Shown: in pieces, positions 11,836 to 23,300 of the stretch
Numbering within the stretch: the stretch's first letter is position 1
How the letters are laid out: each line of letters begins with the position of its first letter
Source: Ramazzottius varieornatus
Lineage: Eukaryota; Animalia; Tardigrada
Direction: 5' to 3'
Length of the DNA stretch: 64,000 bases
Assembly (NCBI GenBank): GCA_001949185.1
Contig: BDGG01000002.1
Span: forward strand, 3,779,826-3,843,825
Notes under the pieces: model-generated
What the model saw: only the letters and a program-made list of their open reading frames with translations
Database searches by the model: none
What the model was told of the DNA's origin: nothing
Program-made: the position numbers and the translations under genes

Positions 11836-14800
11836 ATGGCCAGCGACGGTAGCGCCAAGATCTCCGTCTTTCCAGCCCCGGCTCCTGCCACCGTCATTAT
11901 TTCACAACAGGATGATGAGCCCGAGCCGAAAATCAGTCCATTTCATAGCCCGGATGGGAGCACTGAAAGTCGAAAGCCTAAAGTTCTGCAGTTTGTCAAC
12001 GTGGCCTCCGATGGACCGCAGAACGATGACAAACTGGAAACCTTGTCGCTCCAGGAAGAAGAAACTGGTAGCGGGGATACGGCGGATGCGGAAGAATTCG
12101 TGAAAAGGAGCGATCGAAGGAGGACTGTGTCGGACAGCGGCGTGGACGAAGCTGCTATCGCCGAGTTGTAAGCAGAATGTCTTGATTCCTCTGTTCCAAT
12201 TCTTATCGATAGACTAAGAATCATTGGATTTTGCTTTTGGCTTTTGTAGCATGCAGACGGAACATGGTCGGATTTTGCAAGAGCGTCTTACTGCCCTGGT
12301 GGCGGCTTTTCGAGCTCGATCGTTACGAGCCAGGCAGCTGGTTATGCAGCCTCCGCCTGCCGAACATCCCAAACCTGAGCAACCACCCGCTACAGACGCT
12401 GCCGGTGCCGCTAAACCCGACGCTAACGGTGTGAAGAAGCCTGAAGAAAAAAGAAAGCCCGCTACCCAACCCAAGAAACTGCCGGAACAACCTGCGCCGG
12501 TTGGGATCAAAGTCTGGAAATATAAAATCGCGGTAGGCGCGCAAAAGCAGCTTCCGCACTCTTAACTCTAATCATTTTCTTGTGCCTTTTTCTTCACAGG
12601 TACCGGAATTGTTTTTCCGCATACGACGTCCGAAGGCTTTCGATTCGCATTCCCGCTTACTTCTCGGCTGGCTCTTCGTAGTCAGTTTAGCGTTCATCTA
12701 CAACGCTATCGTCATCCCATACCGCGCCGCCTTCGTCGATCCGCACAACGACCCATACTTCTACATCTGGCTGATCTTTGACTACATCTGCGACGCCATC
12801 TACATCGCTGACTTGGTCATCTTCAAACCCTCCCTCAGAACTTACGTCAACGGCATCGAGATCAGCGACCACAGGGAAATCACCCGCAAATACGTCCAGC
12901 AGAACGAGTTTATTCTCGACGTCCTCTGCTTGCTACCCCTGGACTTCTTCTACCTCGTTCCAGAAGTCGGAATCAACCCCTTGCTCCGTATCCCAAGAAT
13001 GCTGAAAGTGTTGGTGTACTGGGAGTTCCTTGATCGCATCGACCAGATCGCCGTCAGTCCCTGGAATTACTACTTCCGGGTTCTTCGTTCGGTTTCCTAC
13101 ATGATGTACTTGATTCATGCGAACGCCTGTGTGTTCTACTACTTCTCGTACTTGATGGACTTTGATCCGAACAATGGGTTCGTGTACAATAATTTCCAGC
13201 CGGCATGTCAGAACGCGACGAATCCCGGACCCAGATGCAACTTCCCCGGACAGTACAATGCTTACATCTTTTGTTTTTTCTTCTCGGTGTCGATGGTCAC
13301 CATCATTGGTAACCTGAACTTTCCCGGACTGGTGCCGGAAATGATTTACAGTGTCATATTGTGGTTCATTGGCGTGTTCATTTTCGCTACCATCGTCGGT
13401 CAAATTCGCGATGTCTTGAAAGCCATGACTCGACATGAGGACGAATTTTACGAAGTCATGGTAAGTGAACCTTGCGCGGTTATCTTCCCCATGAAGTAAA
13501 AACTAAACCTTTATTACCCGGGCGGATTGATCCTCTTCAAAATTCACGCCATGAGATGGAAGCAAGGAGTAGCTCCGGTTTCATGCACTTTTTTCCTAGG
13601 ATATCCTCTATATAACTGAAGATTATGCTTGTCTCCTACTTTAGGATGAGATTGTTGAGCACATGCACACATTGAAAATTCCCAAAGAGCTACAAGACCG
13701 CGTTCGAACTTGGCTCCTCTTCAACTGGGAACAGCAAAAGACCATCGATGAGCGCCACCTGCTAGACGGCCTACCCTCGAAACTTCGAACCGACCTAGCC
13801 ATGGAGGTCCACTTCGGTACGATTCATAAAGTCCAGCTCTTCAAGGAAGTGGACAAAAAGGTTCTTGAAGAACTGCTGGTCCGCCTCCGTCCAACCGTAT
13901 ACCTGGCCGGAGACTACATCTGCAGGAAGGGTGAGATAGGGAAGGAAATGTATATCGTCAAGGAAGGGATGCTGGAAGTAGTGTTGCCGGACGGACGGGT
14001 AGCGGTGACACTGGGACCCGGCTCCGTGTTCGGCGAGATCAGTTTACTGGCACTGGCCGGAGGGAATAGAAGAACGGCAGATGTCCGGTCAAAAGGATTC
14101 ACGAACTTGTACGTACTGACGAAGGCGGATTTGAATGATGTCCTGAAAGACTACCCGGAAACGATGGACGCGTTGAGGAATAAAGCACATGAGCTGATGA
14201 ATAAGGGCAAACCGCCACCGGAAAGAGCCGTTACTCCCCCACCAGAGGAGGTGAGCTTCTTATTATGAAGAAATTCAACATTCCGTCAAGCGACGACGGC
14301 CATAGAGAAATGCACGAATTGAAAGGGGCCCCTATGATTTTAATCCGTGTGAAGCCACTCCACCGCGAAGCGAGGACTAAAAACTGAATCAGAAAAACAC
14401 TGATCGAACCAATTACGAGACAAGAGATCTAGAATCGCTCTTTTGCAGTTGATATGGTCGGGATAAAACTCCTTTCTTGCAGGTGATTCATACGAGAGCG
14501 CAAACTCCTGAGATGGTCAAAGTGGCCATTAGCATCCTTAAAGAAGGCTCCAAAGTTCGCAACCGGATGTACAGTCAGTCCGCCCACGAACTGAAAGTCC
14601 ATACGGCTGATTTGCACGACGACACCGACGACGATGAAGTCTCGCTGTCCCTTGGGACCGCCACCGAAGGGGAAAATGGCCATGTGACGCCCCAGCCAGT
14701 CGCCGACGTCACAGCGGACATGCTGATGCAGGAAGAACTAGTGCAGAAGACTGAGCTGATTTCTCCGAATACCGAGGAAATCATCTCACCTTCACTGGAG

Positions 14801-15532
14801 GAGCAAGTACTTCAAGAGTTCGCGCACAACCACGAGGCTGATCGGCAGTCTGCAGGAAGTCTCCAACCGCCAGCTGCAGAAAGCGATTCAGCCTCCGCAC
14901 CAGCACCACGAAAGTCTTCAAAGATGCGAAGAAAGAGCCGAGCGAACCATGACGCTGATGCGAAGTCCTCATCTGACTCGGATGACAACGCGGGTAAGCA
15001 AAGAAATCAAGCATAAAGTAAGGCCTTCTTTACCAAAGCCTTTGCAGTGGCACAGGGAAAGACCAGCCGACGTCGAAGAAGCCGTCGTTCGAATGGCTCG
15101 ACCGCCGGTGTGAATAGACAAGAGTCGGTCGATGTGCCGACAACGACGCCGGTGCCAAAGGAGAGTCCGATGCAGACTCCAGATAGCGGAAGTTCGAGGC
15201 TGAGTACCAGCAAGTTGATCAACGACTCGCCGAAGGAACGAGCAACCACTCCAGTGATGGCTAGCCTGACTTCATTGAAGAGACGGTTCGCTGGCGCACC
15301 CAAGGTCCATCCGATTGAAGCGGATGACGCTGAGCCACCTGAGCCGGAGACAACCAGTGCAGCGGAACGACCTGGCGTCTTCACTTTCGAGTTGACTCCA
15401 ACCACTAGTTCGAAGCCAAATACCGCACGACATCGACACAGAGATTCCAACATCTCTTTCTCGGACTATGATCACTCTGGCTTATCTGACACATTTGCCG
15501 GAGTAACCTTCTCCAGCCCAGACACACCATAA
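11836..15532 (+). CDS. CNGB: Cyclic nucleotide-gated channel beta subunit (CNGB/TAX-2-like), paralog 2, multi-exon
   Basis: 'WLFVVSLAFIYNAIVIPYRAAF', 'NPLLRIPRMLK', pore 'VTIIGNLNFP', 'GQIRDV', 'RVRTWLLFNWEQQKTIDE', CNBD 'FGEISLLALAGGNRRTADVRSKGFTNLYVL', and a long disordered C-terminal tail ending at TAA 15530-15532. Confidence 0.93.
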
Positions 15533-16344
15533 AGAACGGTACAATGTGGGCTTTGTCCAGCAACCGCTTCCGCTTCTGCATGACGACACAAAAACACTAG
15601 CTTACGTTCAGTGTAAGGTTCTTCACACGAACATTCATGTTGACTACAGTACAGTACCTCAAGACATCTAGGCTTTAGCATAGTGGTTCTAGCTGAAAGT
15701 CCGACTTCAAGATTTCTGAAATTTATTTATTGTCGAAAACCCCAGCAAGAAATGAGTTATATACCTGTATCTGGTAAGACTTTGACGACCTCCCCATGCT
15801 CGTTTGGTCTAAAGCTGCGAAGGGTAGGTACGCCCAAGGGTAGGGGTCGGGGCTTGCCATGTGGAGGCCGAGAATCTTCCAAAAAACCCGAAACCTTCCC
15901 TTGCCCTTCTCACATTTCATCAGCTGTGCCTCTACGCTATGACCCCAGACTTTCGAGGAACCTTGCCCACAGCCCAGTTCTCATTACCCTGCAGGTCAGG
16001 CGGGTAGGGAACGCTTCGCGCAGGGTGGTTTGGATTTTGACCCCTCGGCATTTGAAGGAAACGATGGTCCGTCCGCATGAAAATCTTCGCCGACCACTTG
16101 TTGCTTTCGAGTTCGACCGTTGTCCATTAACAGTTTTCCAACCTTTTAACTGACTGCTGGAAACTTCTCGACGATTTCTTGCTCCATAGATACTCACGCG
16201 GCGTTTACCCACTGAGTGTTTTTGACCAGGTAAGTTCGAACAGGGCAAGTTCTTCAGGAGACTTCTGCGCAGTTCATGGTATTGTACATCCAAGAGGTCC
16301 AAGTTAGCTTCCTTGTTTTACAGGGTGAGCTCTCATCCGCAAGA

Positions 16345-18103
16345 ATGGCCGTGAATCTGACCTGCAACTACCCAAGCTGCTGCAAGACACTTCAGGATCA
16401 AGCATGGGTAAGCCCGGAAAGTTCCCTTGGCGAAGCTTCGGTAGACGTAGACGCGTTTGACAGCTCTGACCGGAATGCTCGGTTCCTCGAGCAGGTCGAT
16501 CCGTATTCCCATGCCTGATCGCTCCCCCATTATTTTGCAGATCAGCTCTTGTTCGCGTATGTATGGATACACCTCAGTCTAAGTAATGGTTGTTGCGGGG
16601 AAGTTCCGTTAGAGGCAGAAATTACTCCCCTCGAGCAACTGCTCACATTAATGTGGTAACATTCCTTGAGTTGCAGATACATTTTGCGATGAGCATGGTC
16701 TGTTGGAGTTCACTGGACAACGAATCAGCAAGTGCCCGCTATGTATGATTCTCATTTCTTTTCTGATCCTTGAGAAATTCCCATTGTCCGAGGGACCGCT
16801 GAAGGATGTTCTTCCATGCACAACCTCGGATTTTCTTCTCCGATGTCTTTGCAGGCTTGACCGAACTCGGAAACCCATTGGACATCATCAAGACTGACAT
16901 CAATCCTTCAGAGCAGTACAAATCGGTCAGTCAAGCTGCAAAGCAACAATTTACATCGCACAACGATATGAAAATTCCCGGTTTTTGCAGATGATACTCG
17001 CTGGGCAGAGACCGGAAGTCGTTATCGAAATGGCCGCTCGGTCACTTGCTTTCTGGAACTATCAAGTGAGTTCTGAACCAAATTCCAGTGGTGCTTCCAT
17101 CCACTTTGCTTCCGATTGAAGAATCAGTTGCTTTGCTCCACACAGATGCAACTCCAGTTCTCTCGCGAGAAGCAAGATAAATCCGAAGCCGATCGCGTGG
17201 CTCGAGAATCTCTGCTGAAGATTACGCAGGAAAAGACCAGTTAGTTATCCTTCGATATGCTTTACATTTTGTCAGGTTTTTCTGTATCGTTTCCTGGTTT
17301 CTCATCTTCTTTTTCTGTTGTCAGATTTGGAAGAGGAAGTGAAAGGTTAGCGCATGATTTTGATGAGGTACAAGGCGCGAGCCGTTTGGGTGTTGCAGGT
17401 CTTCGGGTCGAACTGGAAGGAATGCAAAAGAAAAATAGTGATCTGGAAAATGCTCTGGCGGAGAAGTCTCGACAGAACCTGAAACTAAGCGTAAACAGTT
17501 TTTAATGGAGATCAGGTCTAGAAACTCTTCTCTATTTTCTTGTGCTCTTTTACAGTCATCGATGGATGCTATGCGTGTCCGAATGGCCGAGCAGGATGCT
17601 CGACAACAGCGCAGTTCTCCGTCGGGCAACACCAACTCCGCGAACCATACGCCACCTCGATTCGGTAAGAGATTTTTTCTTATCGGTTGGAAGAACAATC
17701 TAGAGAATTCACAGGAATTCTTTAGGTTTCATAACAACGAACCAAAGCGTCAACAACAATAACGCTGTGAATCAAACTCCAATTAACTTCGCGCAGCTGC
17801 AAGGAACTGCCGGCTGGTTAGCTGCTCAGAATAGGAGAGACATGGAAGAAATCAGTCGATGTAAGGCGGTAGCTTTACGTACCTGTTTTATTATCCGAAG
17901 AGAATTTTCGTGAGCAAAAATAAATTAACTATAATTTCGCAGATCGAAGCATGGCACCACCTCCTCCTCCTCAGCAGCATCGCCCTAATTGTGACTTCAG
18001 TTCGTTCGTCAACCCGAACAGTCGTCCAGCTGCCACTACGGAAGACGGTCGCAGCCCCGGAGCTGCCGCGAATAGAGCTCCAAAGTTTAACTTGAACTTT
18101 TGA
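16345..18103 (+). CDS. CCNB1IP1: HEI10/CCNB1IP1 meiotic RING E3 ligase (~11 coding exons, plus a 5'UTR intron ~16230-16323)
   Basis: Spliced: MAVNLTCNYPSCCKTLQDQAW|ISSCSH|TFCDEHGLLEFTGQRISKCPLC|LTELGNPLDIIKTDINPSEQYKS|MILAGQRPEVVIEMAARSLAFWNYQ...EKSRQNLKLSSSMDAMR. This matches recalled HEI10 'CNYRKC...AWVTACSHIFCDQHG...CPAC...LDIVRTELSPSEEYKAMVLAGLRPEIVLDISSRALAFWTYQ'. Confidence 0.93.
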
Positions 18104-18513
18104 CGTTTCCTGTTAACCAGAATTTTCTCCTGAGATGGCCTCAGGAACTTCAAACTCTCAACAGTCCGACGCTTTTTACGCCTTCTGGTGTTTTTTACTT
18201 TATTCAGTCAGCAAAGGTTTGTTCTCGTTGCATTAAGTTCCGTATCTCATCGGTTTAGAAAGAAAGTGTAAAAACTCACAGTTTTAGTCTGGGCTACAAA
18301 ACTAAGCACTGTAAAACAACTACTCGTACTGAAATTCAAGGAGGCTGAGACGGTAATCAAGAACTAAACTTCTGATTAAAATCTTCACTCGCCGTTACAA
18401 GATGAAGTGCCTATAGTAAAGATAAATTCAAAACCTGCAAGTTAAGACCTAGTTCGAAGAAGAAACTGGAATCTGAGAATACAACCGCAGGATATCGATA
18501 CTGCTGTCTACCT

Positions 18514-19441
18514 TCAAGGACACTCCACAGTATGGCCATCGTCGTGTTGTTCTAATTTCTTCAGCTCGTTCAACTAAAAAGAAGACGGCAAGATTAGGGA
18601 CGATGTCAAAAGAAATCTCCGAGTACTGGTACCTTCTTAATCAATTCTTGTTCCTCGACGGCCAGTCGATCTGCCTCAGCCGAAAGCTCTTCACAAGCGT
18701 TCTGCAAGTCGTCCACGTTGGCTTGCAGAGCGTTCTCTGATTTCGAGGAGCCATTCAAAATTCTCAGAGTGCTATGATCAGACAGGTAAGTTACAGTAAG
18801 GGCCGGGACGTTAGATGAGTTATTTTGCGTGAAAAGAAAGCACGAATGACAGGGCTTACTCGACTTCGTTGGTCACTTCAGGGTTTTTCTTCTCCACTTC
18901 TGACAGGACTGCAAAGAATCATCAGAAGTCACGTCGCATGAATTTGCAGACATGAATTTTCAAGAAAGTGGGGGACCTACGCCGGAGAGTTTCCTTCCAG
19001 ATCCCGTTCGATTTGAAACGTCGTCTCTCTTCTGCCAGTCGCTCTTCCGGATGCTGCAACGAATAAAAGCTGTCGTGGACTTTAAGTTTACCTCATCATC
19101 AAGACGTGTGTTATTTTCACCTTGGTAGCGACGGCCATCTTTTCGGATGGAGGAGTCGTTTGATTCAGAGGGGACGATGGGACCGATTGGTTGCCCTGGC
19201 CGAAGCTATCTGGGCAGCCTGACGGAAAGCGCTGACGATCTGAAGGCTGCCGCTCAGGCGGATCGGCTCTAAGGATGTGCCGCTGGATGTTCGCGTGCGT
19301 GAATCGACTCAACAGCGGACGATGGCGGAAAGATGGCTCCCAGGATCGCGAGCGTTCCCGATCCGGTGGTCCGAAATTTCGCGGTGGCAGCGGAAGTCGG
19401 CCTTGCTGAGAACCAATCCGTCCATACGGTTGCGGGGCCAT
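18514..19441 (-). CDS. Uncharacterised protein with an Arg/Pro-rich N-terminal region and a C-terminal coiled coil (true start may lie further upstream)
   Basis: Phase-consistent exons: MAPQPYGR...MAVATK|HPEERLAEERRRFKSNGIWKETLR|LLSEVEKKNPEVTNEV|DTLRILNGSSKSENALQANVDDLQNACEELSAEADRLAVEEQELIKK|LNELKKLEQHDDGHTVECP*. Confidence 0.65.
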
Positions 19442-20348
19442 GTGTCGTTCCGGAAATCGAGGCCGCTACAAAAGGAAAAGCGATTCCCATGTGTCGTGGG
19501 TGTGCTGCGTATCTTTTCAGGCAAATTTTTCAGAAAAGATGATTACCCGCGCCTGCTCGGGAGGTCGGAAGAAACGACCGTGGCCGTCTGGCTCCGCAGG
19601 AAGTCTGGATATCCAATCTTGATTGCTGACCGGACTGGCCGCGAGACTTTATCTCGTGACTTTCGTCCAGAACTCTTTGATCTCCGCACTTTCAAAAATC
19701 CACTAGCTTCAAAGAATAAAACCAGATTATATATGGAGGAGACCACAGAAAGACGCCACCACGGGATCGGTAAATCTAGGAACTCGAAGAAGTCCAAAGT
19801 CCGGACCGCGAAGAAGCTGAAACACTGTCGAGCTCAGCGATGGACGGATGATTTACCCAGCCTAATATCAAAAATAACGCAGTTGTCTCGTGCGACCTGG
19901 CAAGAGAGTTTAACAGTGGCAGTTAGGTCATCGGTGCGTCAATCTTGTCTGTACTAATCAGGAGGCCTGGTGCTCGAACAACATACGAAACGGTTTTTTA
20001 ACCCTGAAAATTCTGATTGATTGACTGCCGTCTTTCCGTGGGGCTTTAACTTGGTATTGAGAAGGCTGGGAAGCCGTTGCTTGTTTTCGGTATTTCGCCG
20101 GGTACACTCTCAGACTCAGTGCTCGGTTACTGGCCAGTTGAAAATGTTAGGTAAGGCTCCAGGCATGTCAGGTCAAGTAATGTCATGTTATTCCATCTCA
20201 TGTGATCCTTCCGATTTCGCCTTCTTGAGGCTCCTTCCAGCTTTTCTTCTCTTTGCGTGGATTCCTCGTCCGTCGAATCTGGAAGCCTTCTCTAATGGTA
20301 TATCTGACCACTTAAGAGTATTGCTTGCGCTTGCTGCAGGCTGTAAGG

Positions 20349-23300
20349 ATGGCGGAATCAACTCCTGGACTGTTGAGTGCAAGCAGTATTGCCCTCGTTT
20401 CGGATCTCATGATGAACAGCACCATTCCCTCGACTTCCGCTGTAGTGGATGCGTTTCTACCTTCGGTCCTGTCCGCAGTCTCCACCACTATGACCACTCT
20501 GAGGACAACCACGGCACTACTGAACACAACCGAAGAACCCTTCATCAACCCCTTTCAGGATATGCCTATTGATTCCAGTTTCGCGTGGTTGCTTTGCGCT
20601 CTGACTGGTGTCTTTCTGTGGATGATCTACGGCTCTTGTTTTCACTCGCGAGTGATCGGATATATCGTCGGATCTCTTGTGAATCAGTATTTCAAACGAT
20701 CTGGCCTGGGGGAGCTGACTATAGGTAAGCCATAGATTCCTTCTTCCCCTTGTAGTTCGGTCACTCTGTGTGTTTCATCCGGTTGCAGGCTCACTCAAAC
20801 TCGGAGTTGTTTCCGGACGTCTAGCTTTCAAGAATGTCCGTCTTGTAACGGAAGATTGCTCTGTGATAATCTACGATGGCTATTTGTGGTTTAGTTACTG
20901 GCTGCCGTACCGGCCGAAGCAACTGGCAGGTGAGAAAAGATCAAAGATGAAAATTTTGTCTCTGCGTTGGCTCGCTCATGACGTCATGAGTGGCGAAATA
21001 TGTGCAGTATGTCATGCATTTCTCAATACGTCATCCGCAAGTTCACTGGGCACTAGTTTCTTTTTGCTCCAAATACAACGGCAATGGCGGTGATTCTGTT
21101 CTCTTCTGCAGAGTATAAAAAAGACTCGCGGAGATTGTTCCTTCACCTGTACGGGCTGGAAGTCTACATATACAACCGTACAGAAGCGATATTGCAGCTG
21201 CAGGAACTGACGAAAGCTTACGAAGGGAAACTGTACGAGCGGTCATTCCGTGAACCTCGACCGAAGAAAGAAGGCTCGCCAGACATTCGAGCTCCGAAGT
21301 ACTAAGCCCTTTGAGGCTACACTGATTTCGTCTCTGTACCAAAGTATTTTTTCTAGGCCAGAAATTCCGAAGAAGTCTAACGAGGAGAAAGTCAAAGGAT
21401 TTCTGGACATGCGACGCCTGATTTCTGCTTTTGACGTCAAATTGAGTGTGGTAGGTAGATCTCACCGCCTGCAATGTGGCTGTCCAAGGTGGTTTTCTTA
21501 ACATCAACGACTACTTTGCAGTTTCGATTAGTGTTGGGAAACTACAGAGCGCCATACTGTCTCGTAGTCGGCGGAAGTTCCGCCACCTTGAATGTGACAT
21601 ACGAAGCAGCTAGCTCTGAGATGGACCCCTTCGCCACTGTGATAACTGGTATTATGAAGAACGCCGAAGCATCGTTCCAAATGAACATGGACTATCCCGG
21701 TGACCATCCCATGTACGCATGCAAATCAAGATCTTTTCCGCTCAGATCACTTAAGCCTTTCGCTCTACCAGGATAATTTCTTCTTGTTCGTAGTTGTCCA
21801 TATTTGGATGCTTCTCTACCGAACAAGGACAAGCTCAGATTTTTCTCCACCGAAGCGGTGCAACTTAACCGGTACTTCGTCGATACTCCTACCGACATCA
21901 TCACGATGCTGGTGGATAACCGTCCGGCGACGAACGAGCAGCTGATGAAATGGTCCACAGAGCTAACCTTCGTTGGCAGGACGGACTTAGTCTATGGCGG
22001 CTGGATCGAAAAGCGACGGTATATAAAACCAAATTTCATCTTATGTCCAAATTCATTTTGATGTTTATTTTTTAGGGCGGAAGTGCACAGAACAATCTTT
22101 CCGCCAGGCCGTACTGAGATTCCCGTAACGAATACTCTCACTTCACGCATCTACGATGGCTTCGACCTGAAACTGACGACCAAAGCCAGTGTCTACCTAA
22201 CACTCTACCTTCGAGATTCCCGCAATGATGTGCAGAAGTTCGTTCTCAGTTGTGATGCTGGCACAGATTTTAGCCTGTTCTTCCCCTATGTGACACGAGA
22301 ACAAGGGTTCTCGACCACTCTTTCCCTCAAAGCCACGCATCTTCGTGGTATCACTTCGCTACCAGCCCGACATCTCGTCGAAGCTGACGAGCTGACTCTC
22401 AAGATGTCCCTGAAATACTCCAGAGTACACCACGGTCCGCAGTATTGGAACCTGGACTTTGGCTGGACGAACGCCTCGATGTTCTTCCTGTATGAACATG
22501 AAAAGATGGTAGCCGCCTTGATCGATGACTGGACGCGGGACGCGGATCGACCGGACGCGTTGAAGTTCGTGCCGTTCCATGTGAACATGGACTTCAAGTT
22601 CAATGGCTTCGAGCTGATTACTTACGCGAATCAGCACAACTGGATCGACTGTTCGAAGAATGGACTGGAGAATACTTACTTGGTTTTCAGTGGACCTAAC
22701 TTACAGCTCGGTCTTGTTCTCGATTTTATGGTGGGCAAAATTACATACTTTTCTTGATTTGGAAGCTCGGCAAACAAGCTTGTCCAGAATGTTTTTCCCA
22801 AGTGACGCACGCTTTCAGGTAATAGCATCTGAGGCGTGCGCCACTTGAGAAAACGATCTGATTGATTTTCTTTGCCGAGTTTTCATTTCAGGAAGAATGG
22901 TCTGAGCATTCAATAGTCTGTTATAATCAATTTTTAATGGTTCATTAGAGTTTTCTTCCGGTGGTGAACGAGATTCCCTTTACGCTGTCGGCGCCATTAG
23001 TGGACATCCGGATGTACTTTCCAGAGTCTCATGCTCAACTGTACACGATAGCCAGTTTGTACCGGCAAAGCAACATCGAGACGTTTTCTGGGAAAAAGCT
23101 GTTTGGTTCAAGCGACTGTGCGAAGGCATTCCGTGATACGATGCCACCGTCTGCTTTGTGGTTCCACACGCTGACCGGAGAGAACTTCCGGTTGGCGCTG
23201 ACATACTGCTACCACTCCGCGCCGTTCCACTCTCCAGTAAGCGAATGGTTGTTCTTTTTCCTCGCGTGACGCTGAGAGACAGAATTCTGACAGAAACATT

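Noticed and set aside
15683-16302. ORFs on both strands, or a structured RNA (RNase P/MRP- or telomerase-like; repeated CCTACCC) upstream of HEI10
   Set aside because: No recognisable protein; a GAAAGTCTG motif lacks the matching P4 partner; part of the region is the HEI10 5'UTR and intron. An Infernal search would be needed.
19277-19957. 226-aa plus-strand ORF
   Set aside because: It overlaps the spliced minus-strand gene and the putative promoter region, and has no domain features.
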